Assembly: GCA_023231475.1 (NCBI GenBank)
Contig: JALJEE010000642.1
Coordinates: 1 to 50,618, forward strand
From: Seison nebaliae
Taxonomy: Eukaryota
Direction: 5' to 3'
DNA length: 50,618 bases
This document shows positions 12,743 through 24,982 of this stretch, in pieces; position 1 is the first letter of the stretch, and every line of letters begins with the position of its first letter. The notes under the pieces were generated by a model. That model had not been told where the DNA came from. It made no database searches and saw only the letters and a program-made list of their open reading frames with translations. The translations under genes were made by a program, and so were the position numbers.

Positions 12743-15700
12743 ATGGAAGTGAAAACTAATTGTTTTCATTCGACTTTCACATCAAAAAATTCCTCATTTC
12801 CACAGAGAGATGGAGTTGATCCTATCTCGTCAGTGGCACACGATAAGGGTGAAGTAACATTGGTGACATCTCTAAGAGATTCGATGATTCCATCAGTTCT
12901 ATTATCAGTAGATGAGGATATGGATGGTGAGAATAAGACGAAACATAAATGGTGTGGGAAGACGATGATGGAGAATGAAGAGATGAAGAAGAGACCGAGA
13001 AGGAAAGTGAATTCAATGGGAGAGAAAGAATATTTGTTGTGGGCATTTGATGCATCATCAACAACATCTCCCGTTTCTAATACGAATGCCGCAATGAATT
13101 CATTAGGGAAGCGACCTCTAAGAAATTCAATTGATATTTGTAATTATGATTATTATGTATCAAATGGAAATGAGACTTCTCGCGAAATGAGCCATAACCA
13201 TTCGAATCAGATTGGTTATCAAAGAATTGTAGGTGGATTGAATGAAATGAAAATGACGAACAATAATAATTCTCAAATGGAGATCGATCTTTCACAAATT
13301 ATTAAAGATCATCAACTTCAACAAACGATTAGTGAAACGATTAAGAAAAAGAAGAGGACTGAGATGAATAATGACGTCATGATTGAATTGAAAATGAATA
13401 ATGAAAATGAGAATAATCTGGAAGATTTGACGCGTGATAAAAAGAAGAATGAAATAGAAAAGAATTATACGGAGAAGAAGATGGATACCGTTTGTATTGG
13501 ATGGAAGGAAGCGATTGGAACAATGAATGAAATGAACGACCATTACCATCAACAATCCCATCAATTATCATCGTTTATTTCGCATAAGAAGAATACCGTT
13601 ACAAATAAGAAGAGAGGAAATCTCCCAAAAGAAAGCGTTTTAATTTTGAAAGATTGGTTATCTAAAAACCGTTTCACACCATATCCAACGGAAAATGAGA
13701 AGGAACAATTGTCGACAAGTACAAAATTGACGAGATTGCAAATAGATAATTGGTTTATTAATGCTCGTCGACGTATTCTCCCATCGATGTTGAACGAGAA
13801 TGAGAATGGACGTAAGAAGACGAAGTGTGAGATTGAAAGGAAAGTGATCAATTCATCTCAATCTCCCATTGTTCTCCCCACTCATAAGATGAATGGTACA
13901 GCGAATGAAAATGAAACAATGAAATCACCAATGAGCATCGGGAAGGAGAATGTGGAAGATATGATGAAAAGAAACCGAAACCTAAACAATGTCAAACAGA
14001 AAATCGATTCAATAAACAATATTGACTTGGGGAATGATAATATAAAACAATTTAACAAACAGCCAATAAATAACGTTCAGAAATTGAAATTGAATAATCA
14101 AATTTCACAATCGATCAATTCATTTAATACTCTTCATTCCTCTCAATATCGTTCGTCTATAGTCACTTCTCAATCGTTGTCTGACTCACAATCACCACAT
14201 CATCTCAGTGATACATCCTTCAATCCCATTCATTCCATCATACGTCCTACTACCACTTCTGATACTTCATACAAGACGTTAGTCACTGTTACATCATCAC
14301 CGATTCAATCGGTTAACAAAGTGGAAATTGATCACCATTCTCAAAAGAATACGAATAATATTTTGTTGATAGATTTGGAGGAGAAGAAAGTTCGGGAACA
14401 AATGAAAATGTCAGATGAGTTGTTGATTGAGACAACTGTGGAGGAAGGGAATAAGAATTCGATGGAATCGAATCAGTCCAAAGAAAAAAATCCTGAAATC
14501 AATCAGAAAACGATTAGAGGTAAGAAGAATGTTGGAGAGAAGGAGAAAGTGACTGGAAGGAAACGTGTGACATCTGGTCGAAAGAATAGTGTGAAAGGTC
14601 AGAAAGCTTCAGTGACGAAGGGACCGGTTGAACGAACGACTAATAATAATAAACAAAAGAGAAATATTGAAATGTTACGAAATCCGAATAATATTAACAA
14701 TTCGAATTTGAAATTGCCGAATTCGATCGATAGGAATTGTTGTCAGGTTGTCAGTACGGTGAAAGTGGAAGAATGGTTAAGTAAACATTTGGACCATTAT
14801 CATCAGATAGCGAAGAAAGCACATAGTCTTCGACAGAAGAGTGATGATTCAGGTTGTTATTGTAATAATGATAGTAAAATGAAGTCACATGATCATGTTG
14901 GACCACGATCGAAAACATGTCAAGATCCTTCTCTTCCTCCACGAGTGCCAGATCGGAATAATGGATCAAATAATAAGACGATGGATGATGAGATGGATTA
15001 TCATTCAGATTCTTGTATTGAAGTGGTAGAATATGAACAGACGAAAAATTTATCAGATGTGAATGAAGCGAAAAGAATTGTAGATCGCATAAATCGACGA
15101 TTATTGATCGATCGTCATAATGATCATGTAAGTGCAGCGAAACGAAGTAGAAATGATGATGATTCAGTGATTGAATCGGATAATGATGCTCTTAGTTCCA
15201 TCAGTCAACGAGACTATAAACAACAGCGGCAACTTAATTTACAGCAACAAATGTGCCATCAACAACATCATCATCATCATCATTCACAGCAACAACATCA
15301 TCATCGTCATCATCCGCTACATCAAACACGTGCTTTTCCTCATCATAATTTTGTTATGAAACCATTCGAACCAAACACGTTACAAATGTCTGTTACGACA
15401 AGTATGAGTGATCAATTGAATCATCATGATATGATATGTTCATCAGCCGCATATCATCATCATCATCCTCAACAAATGAGAACGAGTAATCATTTAACAA
15501 CATTAAATGTTAATGTAACATCGACGAACAACATGTTAGATTATTTCCCATCTCATCCACATGGCACACAGACAACACCATATGTACCCATGTATCCAGG
15601 CAGTTTCCTTTATGCCAATAAATCAAGATCTACTTCTCAACAACAAACATCATCACAACAATCACCATTAGTAACGGCGCAATGTCAGCCTTTTCTCAAT

Positions 15701-16564
15701 TATATCGGACAGACATTTCCACCTCTCATACCGACATATTCGATTCCTCAACAACAACAACAACAACAACAACATCCTCCTCAATCGCATCATTTTCAAC
15801 CACCTCCACCACCAATTCCACCTCCACCACCATCACATCGTCAACAAGAGAAAGGGGAAAAAATAAGTGATGTTCATCAGCCGAATCATCAAGGACAATC
15901 TACATCACCAAACAATTCTTCGGGACAAATGGTCAATGCATCATTGATTAATGAGAGTGAATTTGATACTCCGGAAAAGAAGCGATTAAGCATCGAACAT
16001 AATGGAATTAAACGAAAAATAAACAGACAATTATTCGATATGGTTCCAATATCGGAAGAGACAAAACAGGAAAAGGAATCACAAGGACAGAATGAGAAAG
16101 ACGTTCATAGAGAATTGGAAGAAGAAGCAAATTCTCCTCAACAACAACGAAATCGACAAAATTTACCACATTTCCCACATCAAATGTCTCATGTGCCAAA
16201 TCCTCATTCACCATTCTATGCCCCACAACATCAGATGCATCACAATAATGATTGCAGAAATTTTATGAGGATTGCCACAGAGAATATTATGTTGAATCCT
16301 TTCTTAATTTCACCTACATCTCTCTCTACTACCACTGAAACGACTGGTACTTCCACCTTGGATAACTACAAGAATATGAAGCATCAGCATCTATTGACAT
16401 TATTGGCAAGAGAAATTAGACAACAACTTCCTGTTGAACCGATCGAAGTTCCGGTAGTCGTATCTCAAAGTTTGTCTTGTCCCAGACCAGTACGTAAATC
16501 TGCATCGAAAAGTAACGAAGTGACATCCCAATCCGTATTTACGAAATATCGATCGTTTCCATAA
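12743..16564 (+). CDS. TGIF: TALE-class homeobox protein, TGIF family (1273 aa, single coding exon)
   Basis: Homeodomain at about 13607-13795: [18 protein letters not shown]...PYPTENEK...[22 protein letters not shown] and WFINARRR match TGIF. The remainder is low-complexity N/Q/H/P-rich sequence. Confidence 0.9.
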   Translation: MEVKTNCFHSTFTSKNSSFPQRDGVDPISSVAHDKGEVTLVTSLRDSMIPSVLLSVDEDMDGENKTKHKWCGKTMMENEEMKKRPRRKVNSMGEKEYLLWAFDASSTTSPVSNTNAAMNSLGKRPLRNSIDICNYDYYVSNGNETSREMSHNHSNQIGYQRIVGGLNEMKMTNNNNSQMEIDLSQIIKDHQLQQTISETIKKKKRTEMNNDVMIELKMNNENENNLEDLTRDKKKNEIEKNYTEKKMDTVCIGWKEAIGTMNEMNDHYHQQSHQLSSFISHKKNTVTNKKRGNLPKESVLILKDWLSKNRFTPYPTENEKEQLSTSTKLTRLQIDNWFINARRRILPSMLNENENGRKKTKCEIERKVINSSQSPIVLPTHKMNGTANENETMKSPMSIGKENVEDMMKRNRNLNNVKQKIDSINNIDLGNDNIKQFNKQPINNVQKLKLNNQISQSINSFNTLHSSQYRSSIVTSQSLSDSQSPHHLSDTSFNPIHSIIRPTTTSDTSYKTLVTVTSSPIQSVNKVEIDHHSQKNTNNILLIDLEEKKVREQMKMSDELLIETTVEEGNKNSMESNQSKEKNPEINQKTIRGKKNVGEKEKVTGRKRVTSGRKNSVKGQKASVTKGPVERTTNNNKQKRNIEMLRNPNNINNSNLKLPNSIDRNCCQVVSTVKVEEWLSKHLDHYHQIAKKAHSLRQKSDDSGCYCNNDSKMKSHDHVGPRSKTCQDPSLPPRVPDRNNGSNNKTMDDEMDYHSDSCIEVVEYEQTKNLSDVNEAKRIVDRINRRLLIDRHNDHVSAAKRSRNDDDSVIESDNDALSSISQRDYKQQRQLNLQQQMCHQQHHHHHHSQQQHHHRHHPLHQTRAFPHHNFVMKPFEPNTLQMSVTTSMSDQLNHHDMICSSAAYHHHHPQQMRTSNHLTTLNVNVTSTNNMLDYFPSHPHGTQTTPYVPMYPGSFLYANKSRSTSQQQTSSQQSPLVTAQCQPFLNYIGQTFPPLIPTYSIPQQQQQQQQHPPQSHHFQPPPPPIPPPPPSHRQQEKGEKISDVHQPNHQGQSTSPNNSSGQMVNASLINESEFDTPEKKRLSIEHNGIKRKINRQLFDMVPISEETKQEKESQGQNEKDVHRELEEEANSPQQQRNRQNLPHFPHQMSHVPNPHSPFYAPQHQMHHNNDCRNFMRIATENIMLNPFLISPTSLSTTTETTGTSTLDNYKNMKHQHLLTLLAREIRQQLPVEPIEVPVVVSQSLSCPRPVRKSASKSNEVTSQSVFTKYRSFP

Positions 16565-16993
16565 TAATTTTTCCAAAAAAAATCATTCTTCTCAATTCCA
16601 CAGACATTATTCATAAGAGAATCGACTGTAATATTGCCCGCTATTACTATCATCTAAATTTGTTGTTTATATAAAACATCATCATCTGAGCGTTTTAATT
16701 ATATCATATCGTAATCATATTTTTTCATTCATCTCTCTCTATCCAAATTTTTAAGTTTGAAATACACTTTTCCTTCTGTCGTACAAATTTTACAACAGAT
16801 TTATTAAAGAATTTATGGAACTTATTTTCTATTGACAATTCTGGAAAGAAGAGGAAGGAGAGAATGGAACCGATCATTTATAATCAATCCAAAACATTTT
16901 TCAAAAGATTAACGAAATATTATAACTTCCTAATAAAATATTATTATTTATTATAGAAATTTCAACTAATCCAAATTAAAACGAGTTGTGTCT

Positions 16994-18995
16994 TTATCTG
17001 ATCTGAATAATTCCTGCATCCATCAACTTCTGAATTTTCACCATTACTTCCGGATTTCTCATGTACTCTTGACTGGCCTGAGGATTATTCTTCATATTCT
17101 CCAAAATCAATCTCATCGATGGATCTTTCATGATGTTTGCCACTTCAGGATCATTCATTGCTTGTTTCGCAATCTCTTCTGGTGTTTGTTTATAGTTTTC
17201 ATTGATACACTTGTAAATTCGATTTCTTGCTTCTTGTGATGTTGGATCGATTTCAGCAGCTCGATCATAAGCCGATCTTGCTTGTGACGTTTGTTTCATT
17301 GCAAATAAAGCATCACCCTTCTTGATATATGCATCAACTGAACGAACATTTAACAATTGAGAGATGAAACGAATGAAAAAACAAACGTAAATTATTATCT
17401 AATTTTATCGCATTGTCAAATTCTTTCACAGCCATCGGAAACTCCATTAATTTCATATAAGCTGTTCCTTTATTCAAAGGAATATTGGCATCATTCGGAT
17501 TTCTTCGAAGAGCCTCTTCAAAACATTTAAGGGCATTAGGGAAATGACCGCTCTTCAATTCACTAATACCTATTCGTACATTATAACATCAATAATTAAA
17601 TTTCTCATTATATCTCATTAATTAATAGAAAACCTTTCTCATTCTCTTGTTTGGCCAATTCGGGATTGATGTACTCCAATTTCTTTCTTGCACCAACGAT
17701 ACTCTCTAACTAAAATTCAAAAAGATTAACATTTCATCAAAACATTTTTAATTTATTAGAATTTTAAATTAACTTGTTTCATTTTCTTCACAGTATCTTT
17801 CGTTCGATTTTCCGTCGCCGATTTGTTGTACCATTTCAAAGCTTCTTCCAAATCCTGCAATTTCTCATAACACGTTCCAATTCTCGTCATAGCTCTAATG
17901 AAAAAATTAAAGTTATATTAATTATTTAAATAATATAACTTGGCAATAATGGCATAATCAGTTCGATTATCTCGACCAACTTCGATACATTTCTTTCCCA
18001 ATTCTATACATTCTTCATATTTCTTCTCTTCATACAAGACAGCTATAGAGGAAATATTATTTCAAAAGGATGAATAAAACGGAAATGAGGAAAACCCGTC
18101 TTGTTTAAAGTGTAGACGATATTTTCTGGACATAATTCAGCTGCTTTCTCATAATGAGATTTCGCTCCTTCAAAATCTCTCGTCTTATAACAGACATTTC
18201 CTTTTTGTTTTTCAATTTCTGCTTTACGCTCAATAGGAGATAATGCAGCCAGACGTTTCTCTTCCTCCATTTTCTTCTTTGCATCTTCTGAAGGGTTTTT
18301 CGTCGTATTTGACGTCTTCCTTGGTGGAGGGAAAAGATCTTGATTCAACAAATCAGATCCAAATCCATTCATGAGAAGTTGAAGTCTAATAAATTTTTCA
18401 TTCTCTCCATATTTCTCGTTAGCGACCTCTTCATCTTCTTTCGCTAATTTAATCATTTCTTTCACCTCTTCATCTTCCAACATTCCAACGACTAAAGGAT
18501 TCTTTTTTAAAGTCGCCCAAAGTTTATCGTCATTAAATTTTGATTGTTCCTTTGGAGGTTTGGTTGTGGTTGTCGAATCGACATCCATCGCATCAGATGA
18601 ATTCAATTGATCCAATTGCGTTTTTAGAGATGCATTTTTCCCATCAATTTCCAATCCTTTTTCAAACGCTGATTTGGCCTCATCAATCTTTCCCAAATAT
18701 TGATACGCTGTCCCCAATCTCGAATAAGCTTTAGGCCAATCCGGTTTTATTTTCACAGTTTTCAATGCATCAACTAATGCTTCCGAATAACGATTCGCTT
18801 TACAATAAGCAGCTGATCGATTACTATAGAGAACATGATTATCATCCTCAAAAGAAATTCCGATAGAATAATGATCGATTGCCTTTTGATATCTTCCTTG
18901 AGTCAAAGCGTCGTTTCCTAATTTCTTACATTCTGCTCCCTAAATTAATCACATGAATTATTGTCAAATGAATAAGGATTGCTAACCGAACTCAT
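16994..18995 (-). CDS. STIP1: Stress-induced phosphoprotein 1 (HOP/STI1), 7 exons
   Basis: TPR1 (LYSNRSAAY...KPDWPKAYSRLG), DP1, TPR2A, TPR2B and DP2 (AMNDPEVANIMKDPSMRLIL...KIQKLMDAGII). Introns placed at 18940-18986, 18043-18095, 17895-17939, 17710-17773, 17570-17633 and 17338-17386 keep the frame from MSSGAECKKLGN. Confidence 0.95.
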
Positions 18996-19115
18996 TATCT
19001 TTAATTTTCAATAAAATGAAATTTCACCAAAATTCTCACTCGATATAAAATGAGAGAAAAAAAATCTGTTAATATATAAGAATACTTTAAAAAAGAGGTG
19101 AGTTTATAAAGTTTT

Positions 19116-19155
19116 TTCTAGAATTTTCTCGAAGATCCGTTTTTCTAGAACTTTC
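19116..19155. promoter_or_regulatory. Two heat-shock elements upstream of STIP1
   Basis: TTCtaGAAttTTCtcGAA (19116-19133) and TTCtaGAActTTC (19143-19155) are alternating nGAAn units, 120-160 bp upstream of the ATG. A TATA-like TTTATAAA lies at 19103-19110. Confidence 0.85.
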
Positions 19156-19930
19156 AGCTAGACTTTTATAATCTTTTCATTTACTTCCCATGTGCTAATG
19201 ACGAATAATGATCGTTGTCACTGCTCCTATTTTATTTCAAATTTTTAAACGAATATTTTGAATTTAAAATATGTCATGTTGTGTATTCAACGAGAAAATA
19301 ATTTACACATTTTAAATTTTATTTTATACTAAAATCTCTTATATTAAGGTTCTATTTTTCTTTCAATATCGTCAATGTGCTAGACGTATATGTATGACGT
19401 TTCACATAATAATTTCTACAATTATCTTTAGTATTTTCACATGTTATACGTATCCATGAATAAATAGAAGTCCATGAACCAATCCAGGAAAGTAGAGCAT
19501 ACAAGTAAGTAGAATACTAATTACAACATCAGTTGTTAAACTATCATTCACTCGATAAACAGCTATCGGTGGACATAGGAAACAAATTAGTATTTCTATA
19601 AGACTGACTTCAATAGCCATCGTTAAAAAATGAAACTATAAGAGAGTGGCGGATGAATAGTTAGATTTCCCGTGAATTATTTAAAGAACAAAGGAACAAG
19701 TCAGAAACGAAAATGAAAAGAAAAAGAAGCAGAAAAAAATTTTAAGGAAACTAAATTTACTAAATATAAAAATGAGATTTCTCTCAACGAGTAAAATATA
19801 TTCAGGAAACTCTCTGATTCTTTATGAGTGATTATTATTGAATAATAAATTATTTTATTTACTATTTGTTAGATAGAATGATATTATTTAGGATCTTCAA
19901 ATTTAGAGAAGTGAAAAATGTCAATCGTTT

Positions 19931-20487
19931 TCATCCGTGCATTAAGAATTGTTCAATAAAATCATTTTGTTCACTCTCCAATTTAACTAAAGAGTCATAC
20001 TGTGTTCTCAGTCTTAAGAAGAATTAGGATAATTATTGGAAAATTCTAAAGAGAAATAGAAGAACCGATGTAGATGAGTCGCCTTCTCCGTTAAGAGCGC
20101 TTCCAATTCCTGTTGTTTCGCTTCCTTCTCCTTCTCCACCGATCTCAACATGTTCCTTGCTCCAGTTGCCTATCATTCGGAAAAAGTATATGGATATTAA
20201 TTTAAACAAAATAACTGACTCTCATCTTTTGTTTATTCACTTCTTTCGCCACATCATCTATTTGTTTCATAAATCGTGTTACTAGTTGTTGGAATTCATC
20301 GATATCTGTATTCAATACATAATGTCAAATTTAGAATAAGACGACCAATTAAATGTTAACTTGAAACGAAATTGTCACATTCCTCTTTCAACTCATTAGT
20401 TTGCGTCGCTTTCTCCGGATCCATAAGACGAAGTTTGTTCACTTCGTCCATGTACAATCCCACACGGCTCAAAATATCATCTGCCAT
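19931..20487 (-). CDS. IFT20: Intraflagellar transport protein 20, 4 exons (absent from the ORF track)
   Basis: Spliced translation [41 protein letters not shown]...[34 protein letters not shown]...[23 protein letters not shown] matches IFT20 along its length. Confidence 0.93.
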
Positions 20488-20576
20488 ATTCTTTTGTGGG
20501 ATGTTCTGATTAATTTAGTGATTGATTAAACAATCGATAAGATACCAAATGAAAAAAAAATTAGATTACTCTTACC

Positions 20577-20589
20577 GTTACTTAGCAAC
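20577..20589. promoter_or_regulatory. RFX X-box upstream of IFT20
   Basis: GTTACT-T-AGCAAC fits RYYNYY-N(1-3)-RRNRAC and lies about 90 bp upstream of the ATG of a ciliary gene. Confidence 0.75.
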
Positions 20590-21316
20590 TTGAAAAATAT
20601 ACAAATATCTGGTATGTCTCAATTGAATAAAGTTCTCTATCATAAAAAGGTTAAAAGAGAAGCCTTCACAAACATAATTAGTTCTGGATTTTCTTTTATT
20701 TTTAATATTCACTAATTTAGTTCTTATATTTCTTTCTTATTCTTATTACAATTCTACTTGTTAGTATTTCACTAATAAGTAAGTGAATTTTAAGTTTTGT
20801 TTTTGTCCAAATATGCTCGTAAGACGATATTGGGTATTTAATTATAGAATAAAATAATTCATTAAAATATATATTTTGACTTATTCAATTAATTCATTAA
20901 TCTATTCTAACATAAAATTTAAAAAAAAACTAAAATTTTAAAAGAGGCTAAATGTTTAATTTCAGGCCCTATCTTGTTCAGTTTTTCACGCTGATTCTAA
21001 TGATATATATTTTATTATCTAAAATCAATCGGGGAAAAATATCGTCTATCGAAGTGTAGTCGTAAGATTTTATATTTTATTAAGAAAAATACTTCTAGGT
21101 GGATAAATTTTGAATTAAATATAACAGGATATAAAATAAAAATGTAATGTAATAAAAATAAAATTTTGAAGATTAGTTATGGATAAGGATAAGAAATGTT
21201 TCAGATAGTCCATATAAATAAAATGTTAATAATAAAAATCGACTGAATTGGAAAAAGCTCTTCCGGAGAGATTACTGTGTCTAAAGTCAGAATTGTTATG
21301 TTAGAACGTGAGAAAG

Positions 21317-23880
21317 TTACTCTAACAACCATGAATATTTAGGATTGGCAACAATTGCTTCAAGTGCATTTCCAAACGTTATGCATTGTGGAATTGCACT
21401 ATGTTGAGCAATGTGATGAAACGGTTGGTTAATATATGAATTATTGAGAGTGTTCTTAATTTTTTGAATAATAAAAGTATCTTTATTCTTATTCATATCT
21501 TCGTCATCCGCTCTATTATTATGGGATAGAGTTGGAGAAGTTGTTAATTCTTCAACTATTGGTTCATCTTCCAATTGTTCATAAACGGGAGAAAAACTAT
21601 TATTATTCCATTGTACGGCACAGATGTATCTAATTAAATCATTAATAAATCCTTCCATTATCGTACAAATCAACTCGCTACAAATGTCGATACATTTGAC
21701 GGGCCATTTGGCTATCCTTCTTTCTTCTTCAACAAAATCTGCTTGTTCTTTTGTAAATCTAGATGAGACACCACGACAATGCATGAGAAGTAAAAGATTC
21801 TCCATATCTCGAAATGAGCAGATTGGTAGAACCATACGATTAATTAATGGAACGACAATATTCCTATGACGATGATTTGGAAGTAATTTCTCTTGACGGA
21901 TCTCTTCCGCTAAGCTATTCAACATCATATTTGACCATTCCATTTGGTAAGTAGAATATTGTGAAGTTAATACGATAAAATCACCATTAGTTAACATCGT
22001 AATATCCTGTCGATTTTCATTGATTAAATAATTGAAATAATAATCATAAATTGATTTGATCGGCATAATGATCTTTTCAATCTTGCCCTTCTCCCACATC
22101 ATCGGTTGAATTTTAATGAAATTATTGCAGAATATTTGATCTTTTGCCATTTCAATATGATTGGAACTAATGGAAAAAACATCAAACAAATTATTGATTA
22201 AAGTACAATGATTTCTGATTGGAAATTGATCACGTCGTATTATTATACGTCCACATGGTTGTTCAATAATCTCTTCAACTTCATTTTCACGATATGCTTC
22301 TAATTTTCTTTCATGAATTTCATTATCGGAATATGTATTAACATCCGTATAACCATACGCTCTCAACCAAATAAGGACATTAGGAATATCGATTTCATTG
22401 ATATGTTTCATTTCTTGTTTTAATAAAAAGTCATTTTTCAAGAAATTCTTCTCACATCTTTGCTTCCATACTTCTTTCACTTTTGTGGCGATATAACTTG
22501 CTCGTAATACTTCACGAATTCGTTTATCTATCATCGAATACGTCGTCCATACATCACGCTCCACAATAATATGTTTGTAATCTTTATTCATTGTCGATAC
22601 AAATGTACCCACCAAAGGATATTTTTCAGCCTATAAAAATTTTGGAAAAAAAACATTTTTTTTAATTCTAATTATTTTTTGTGAACTAACGTAAATAATG
22701 AGGAGTGTTTGTACAGAATATAGTTGATGTGAGTCGATATTGAATCGCATATTGTCGATCCATCTGATCGATTTCGACTTCAGTACTGAACTTCAGGAAT
22801 AATAAGTCAATTATTGAACATGAGTTGTGAGTAGAGTTCAAATCAAACCATCTTCTGATTCAGATGATACAGTAACATTGGGAAAATCAATATCATTCCC
22901 ATCCGAATAAAAATCACCGAACAAATCACATTTCTCACAATGTCTATCCAATTCGTTTCCTGAAGGCATATCATAATCGGACGTCGCTGTATCATATGGA
23001 TGATATTCGCTTTTAATCGTGTCATCATCATCATCCACATCATCGTTATCCTCAATTTTCACCGGAATAATATGTCTTTTATTACTACCTAAAATTTGAG
23101 GAATATATTTAATTAAAAATTAAAAATTTTACAATTATCATTCTTGTACTAACCGACAACTTCCTTCTTTGTAATACTACTATTTAATTCGACATAATGT
23201 TGAAATTTATAATAAACACAATTTGTATTAGTGTCTGAAGCTTTTCTTATACTACTCTTAAAATAGATGGTGATATCGAGGGGAACATTTGAGCTACTCT
23301 TATCTCCAATTCGAAAATGAGGACCCGTCATCTTAATTTGTTTCAAATGATTATTAAACGGATATTTCACAATCACATAATCGATATAGTTCATTGCATT
23401 GAATGTATGATTTCCATTCTGTATATAAAACGTCCAATAATGTGTAACTTCATTCTTGACGGATGAGAGACAATTCAAACGACATTCTTCATGTAAATAA
23501 ACCGAATTAAATAAATCGGAATGAACTCTCGGTAATTTGGGACCGCAGAAACGCGACGTATCACCAACGGTGAAGGTTAAATTAGTTTTGTTCGAATCGT
23601 TCTGTATCATACTCATCAATTCATTATCCTTCGGTCTTCTCCCACTACTGAAATATTCGGTAGGAATTTGGTAGTTTTGTGGTAGGCCGATATCGTTCCT
23701 TAAAACGTTCATCCGATTTCTCACATTTTGAATCCACTAAATGAAATTCATTAGAAAAAAATGTATTATAATAAAATTTAGAACTGTTTGTAAGAGAGAT
23801 AATTCGTTCGTCTTCTTTTCGATTTCGGAATTGAGGAAATTGTCGACCAATGCAGAAATACTTTCATCCTCTTTGTCCAT
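21317..23880 (-). CDS. YEATS2: YEATS domain-containing protein 2 (divergent), 5 exons
   Basis: N-terminal coil (NFLNSEIEKKTNELSLLQTWIQNVRNRMNVLR). YEATS-like domain (THYWTFYI...IDYVIVK...GPHFRI...PLDITIYFK). VLIWLRAYGYT motif. C-terminal histone-fold-like end (ITFGNALEAIVANPKYSWLL). Confidence 0.75.
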
Positions 23881-24227
23881 GTTTCTGCGTTTGGTCGAAA
23901 TCTTTTTTTTCTTTTTGATCTCCAACGTGTCTAAATATTTCTTTCACCTTTGTCGAATAATTTTTAATGTAACACACGAGATTTAATAAAATTCTTGCGT
24001 TCCACTAACGTGCACTTCAAATGTACAAAGAGAAATTAGTGAACTGAAACACGTGGGAGAGAATAACATACGCACGAGACTTATATGTAGCGAGGAAAAG
24101 CTTTTTATTAAAATTTCAATTTGTCAACATCTTCATTTTTAATAATATAAATTAATCGTGACTCATCCCATAAGAGGAAAAGGAACATCGAATGAGAAAT
24201 AATTAAAGAAAAGAAAAAAAAAGAAGT
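23881..24227. promoter_or_regulatory. Probable bidirectional promoter between YEATS2 and the RNA triphosphatase gene
   Basis: Head-to-head ATGs about 350 bp apart, with an E-box CACGTG at 24050-24055. Confidence 0.5.
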
Positions 24228-24755
24228 ATGGGGAAATTCAAAATACCGGATGGATGGAAGGAATCGTCCAATCATTGTTCTGGATTGATTTCTGGAGAAT
24301 TTTTTGTATGTAAAACATTTCTGTCAAATAATTATAATTTAGAGGAAAATGAAAAATTTCAATATGATGATGTTGAACGGTTCTTGGAGAATGTGAAAGG
24401 ACCAGATATTGGAATGGTGATTGATTTGACTAATACTGATAGATATTATGATCCCGATGTCATGTTACCTCCAAATGTCATTTACAAGAAAATTGCTATA
24501 GAAGGACATAGTAGATGTCCGCAGGATGATAAAATAGAAATGTTTAATCAGACATGCCGCTCATGTCCAAAAAATAAATTAATTTTAGTTCATTGTACTC
24601 ATGGATTCAATCGAACCGGCGTCTTCATCGTTTGTTATTTAATCATGATAAGAAAGATGTCCCTAAATGAAGCACTTGTTGAATTTGGTAAATGGCGATC
24701 GGGTGGAATCTATCGAGATGAATATCTCGAATTTTTAAAAAATAAATTCAATTAA
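24228..24755 (+). CDS. Stand-alone cysteine-phosphatase-type RNA 5'-triphosphatase (RNGTT N-domain / DUSP11-PIR1 / baculovirus PTP family)
   Basis: IPDGW, IDLTNTDRYY, P-loop VHCTHGFNRTG and GIYRDEYL; 175 aa, intronless. Confidence 0.9.
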   Translation: MGKFKIPDGWKESSNHCSGLISGEFFVCKTFLSNNYNLEENEKFQYDDVERFLENVKGPDIGMVIDLTNTDRYYDPDVMLPPNVIYKKIAIEGHSRCPQDDKIEMFNQTCRSCPKNKLILVHCTHGFNRTGVFIVCYLIMIRKMSLNEALVEFGKWRSGGIYRDEYLEFLKNKFN

Positions 24756-24982
24756 AATATTTCTGTTTAATCGAATAATTCGTTTAATATCGACATCTTA
24801 TTTAACATAAATAACTTAGGATATGATTATTTGAAATTTGAAAGTTCTGATAATATAATATTCATTATTATTTAATTGTATAAGAATTCATTTTAATATT
24901 TTCCATATTTCATAGACTATTAAATAGTCACAAATTAATTTATTTGCACGTTATTTTCTTAATATTATTATTAATGAAATTA

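Noticed and set aside
12822..16653. Short ORFs overlapping TGIF, and similar ones inside NPC1, YEATS2, STIP1 and HMX
   Set aside because: Shadow frames of real low-complexity coding sequence.
20960..21070. TTTTTCACGCTGATTCTAA, reminiscent of Tc1-type subterminal sequence
   Set aside because: No partner inverted repeat or TSD found.
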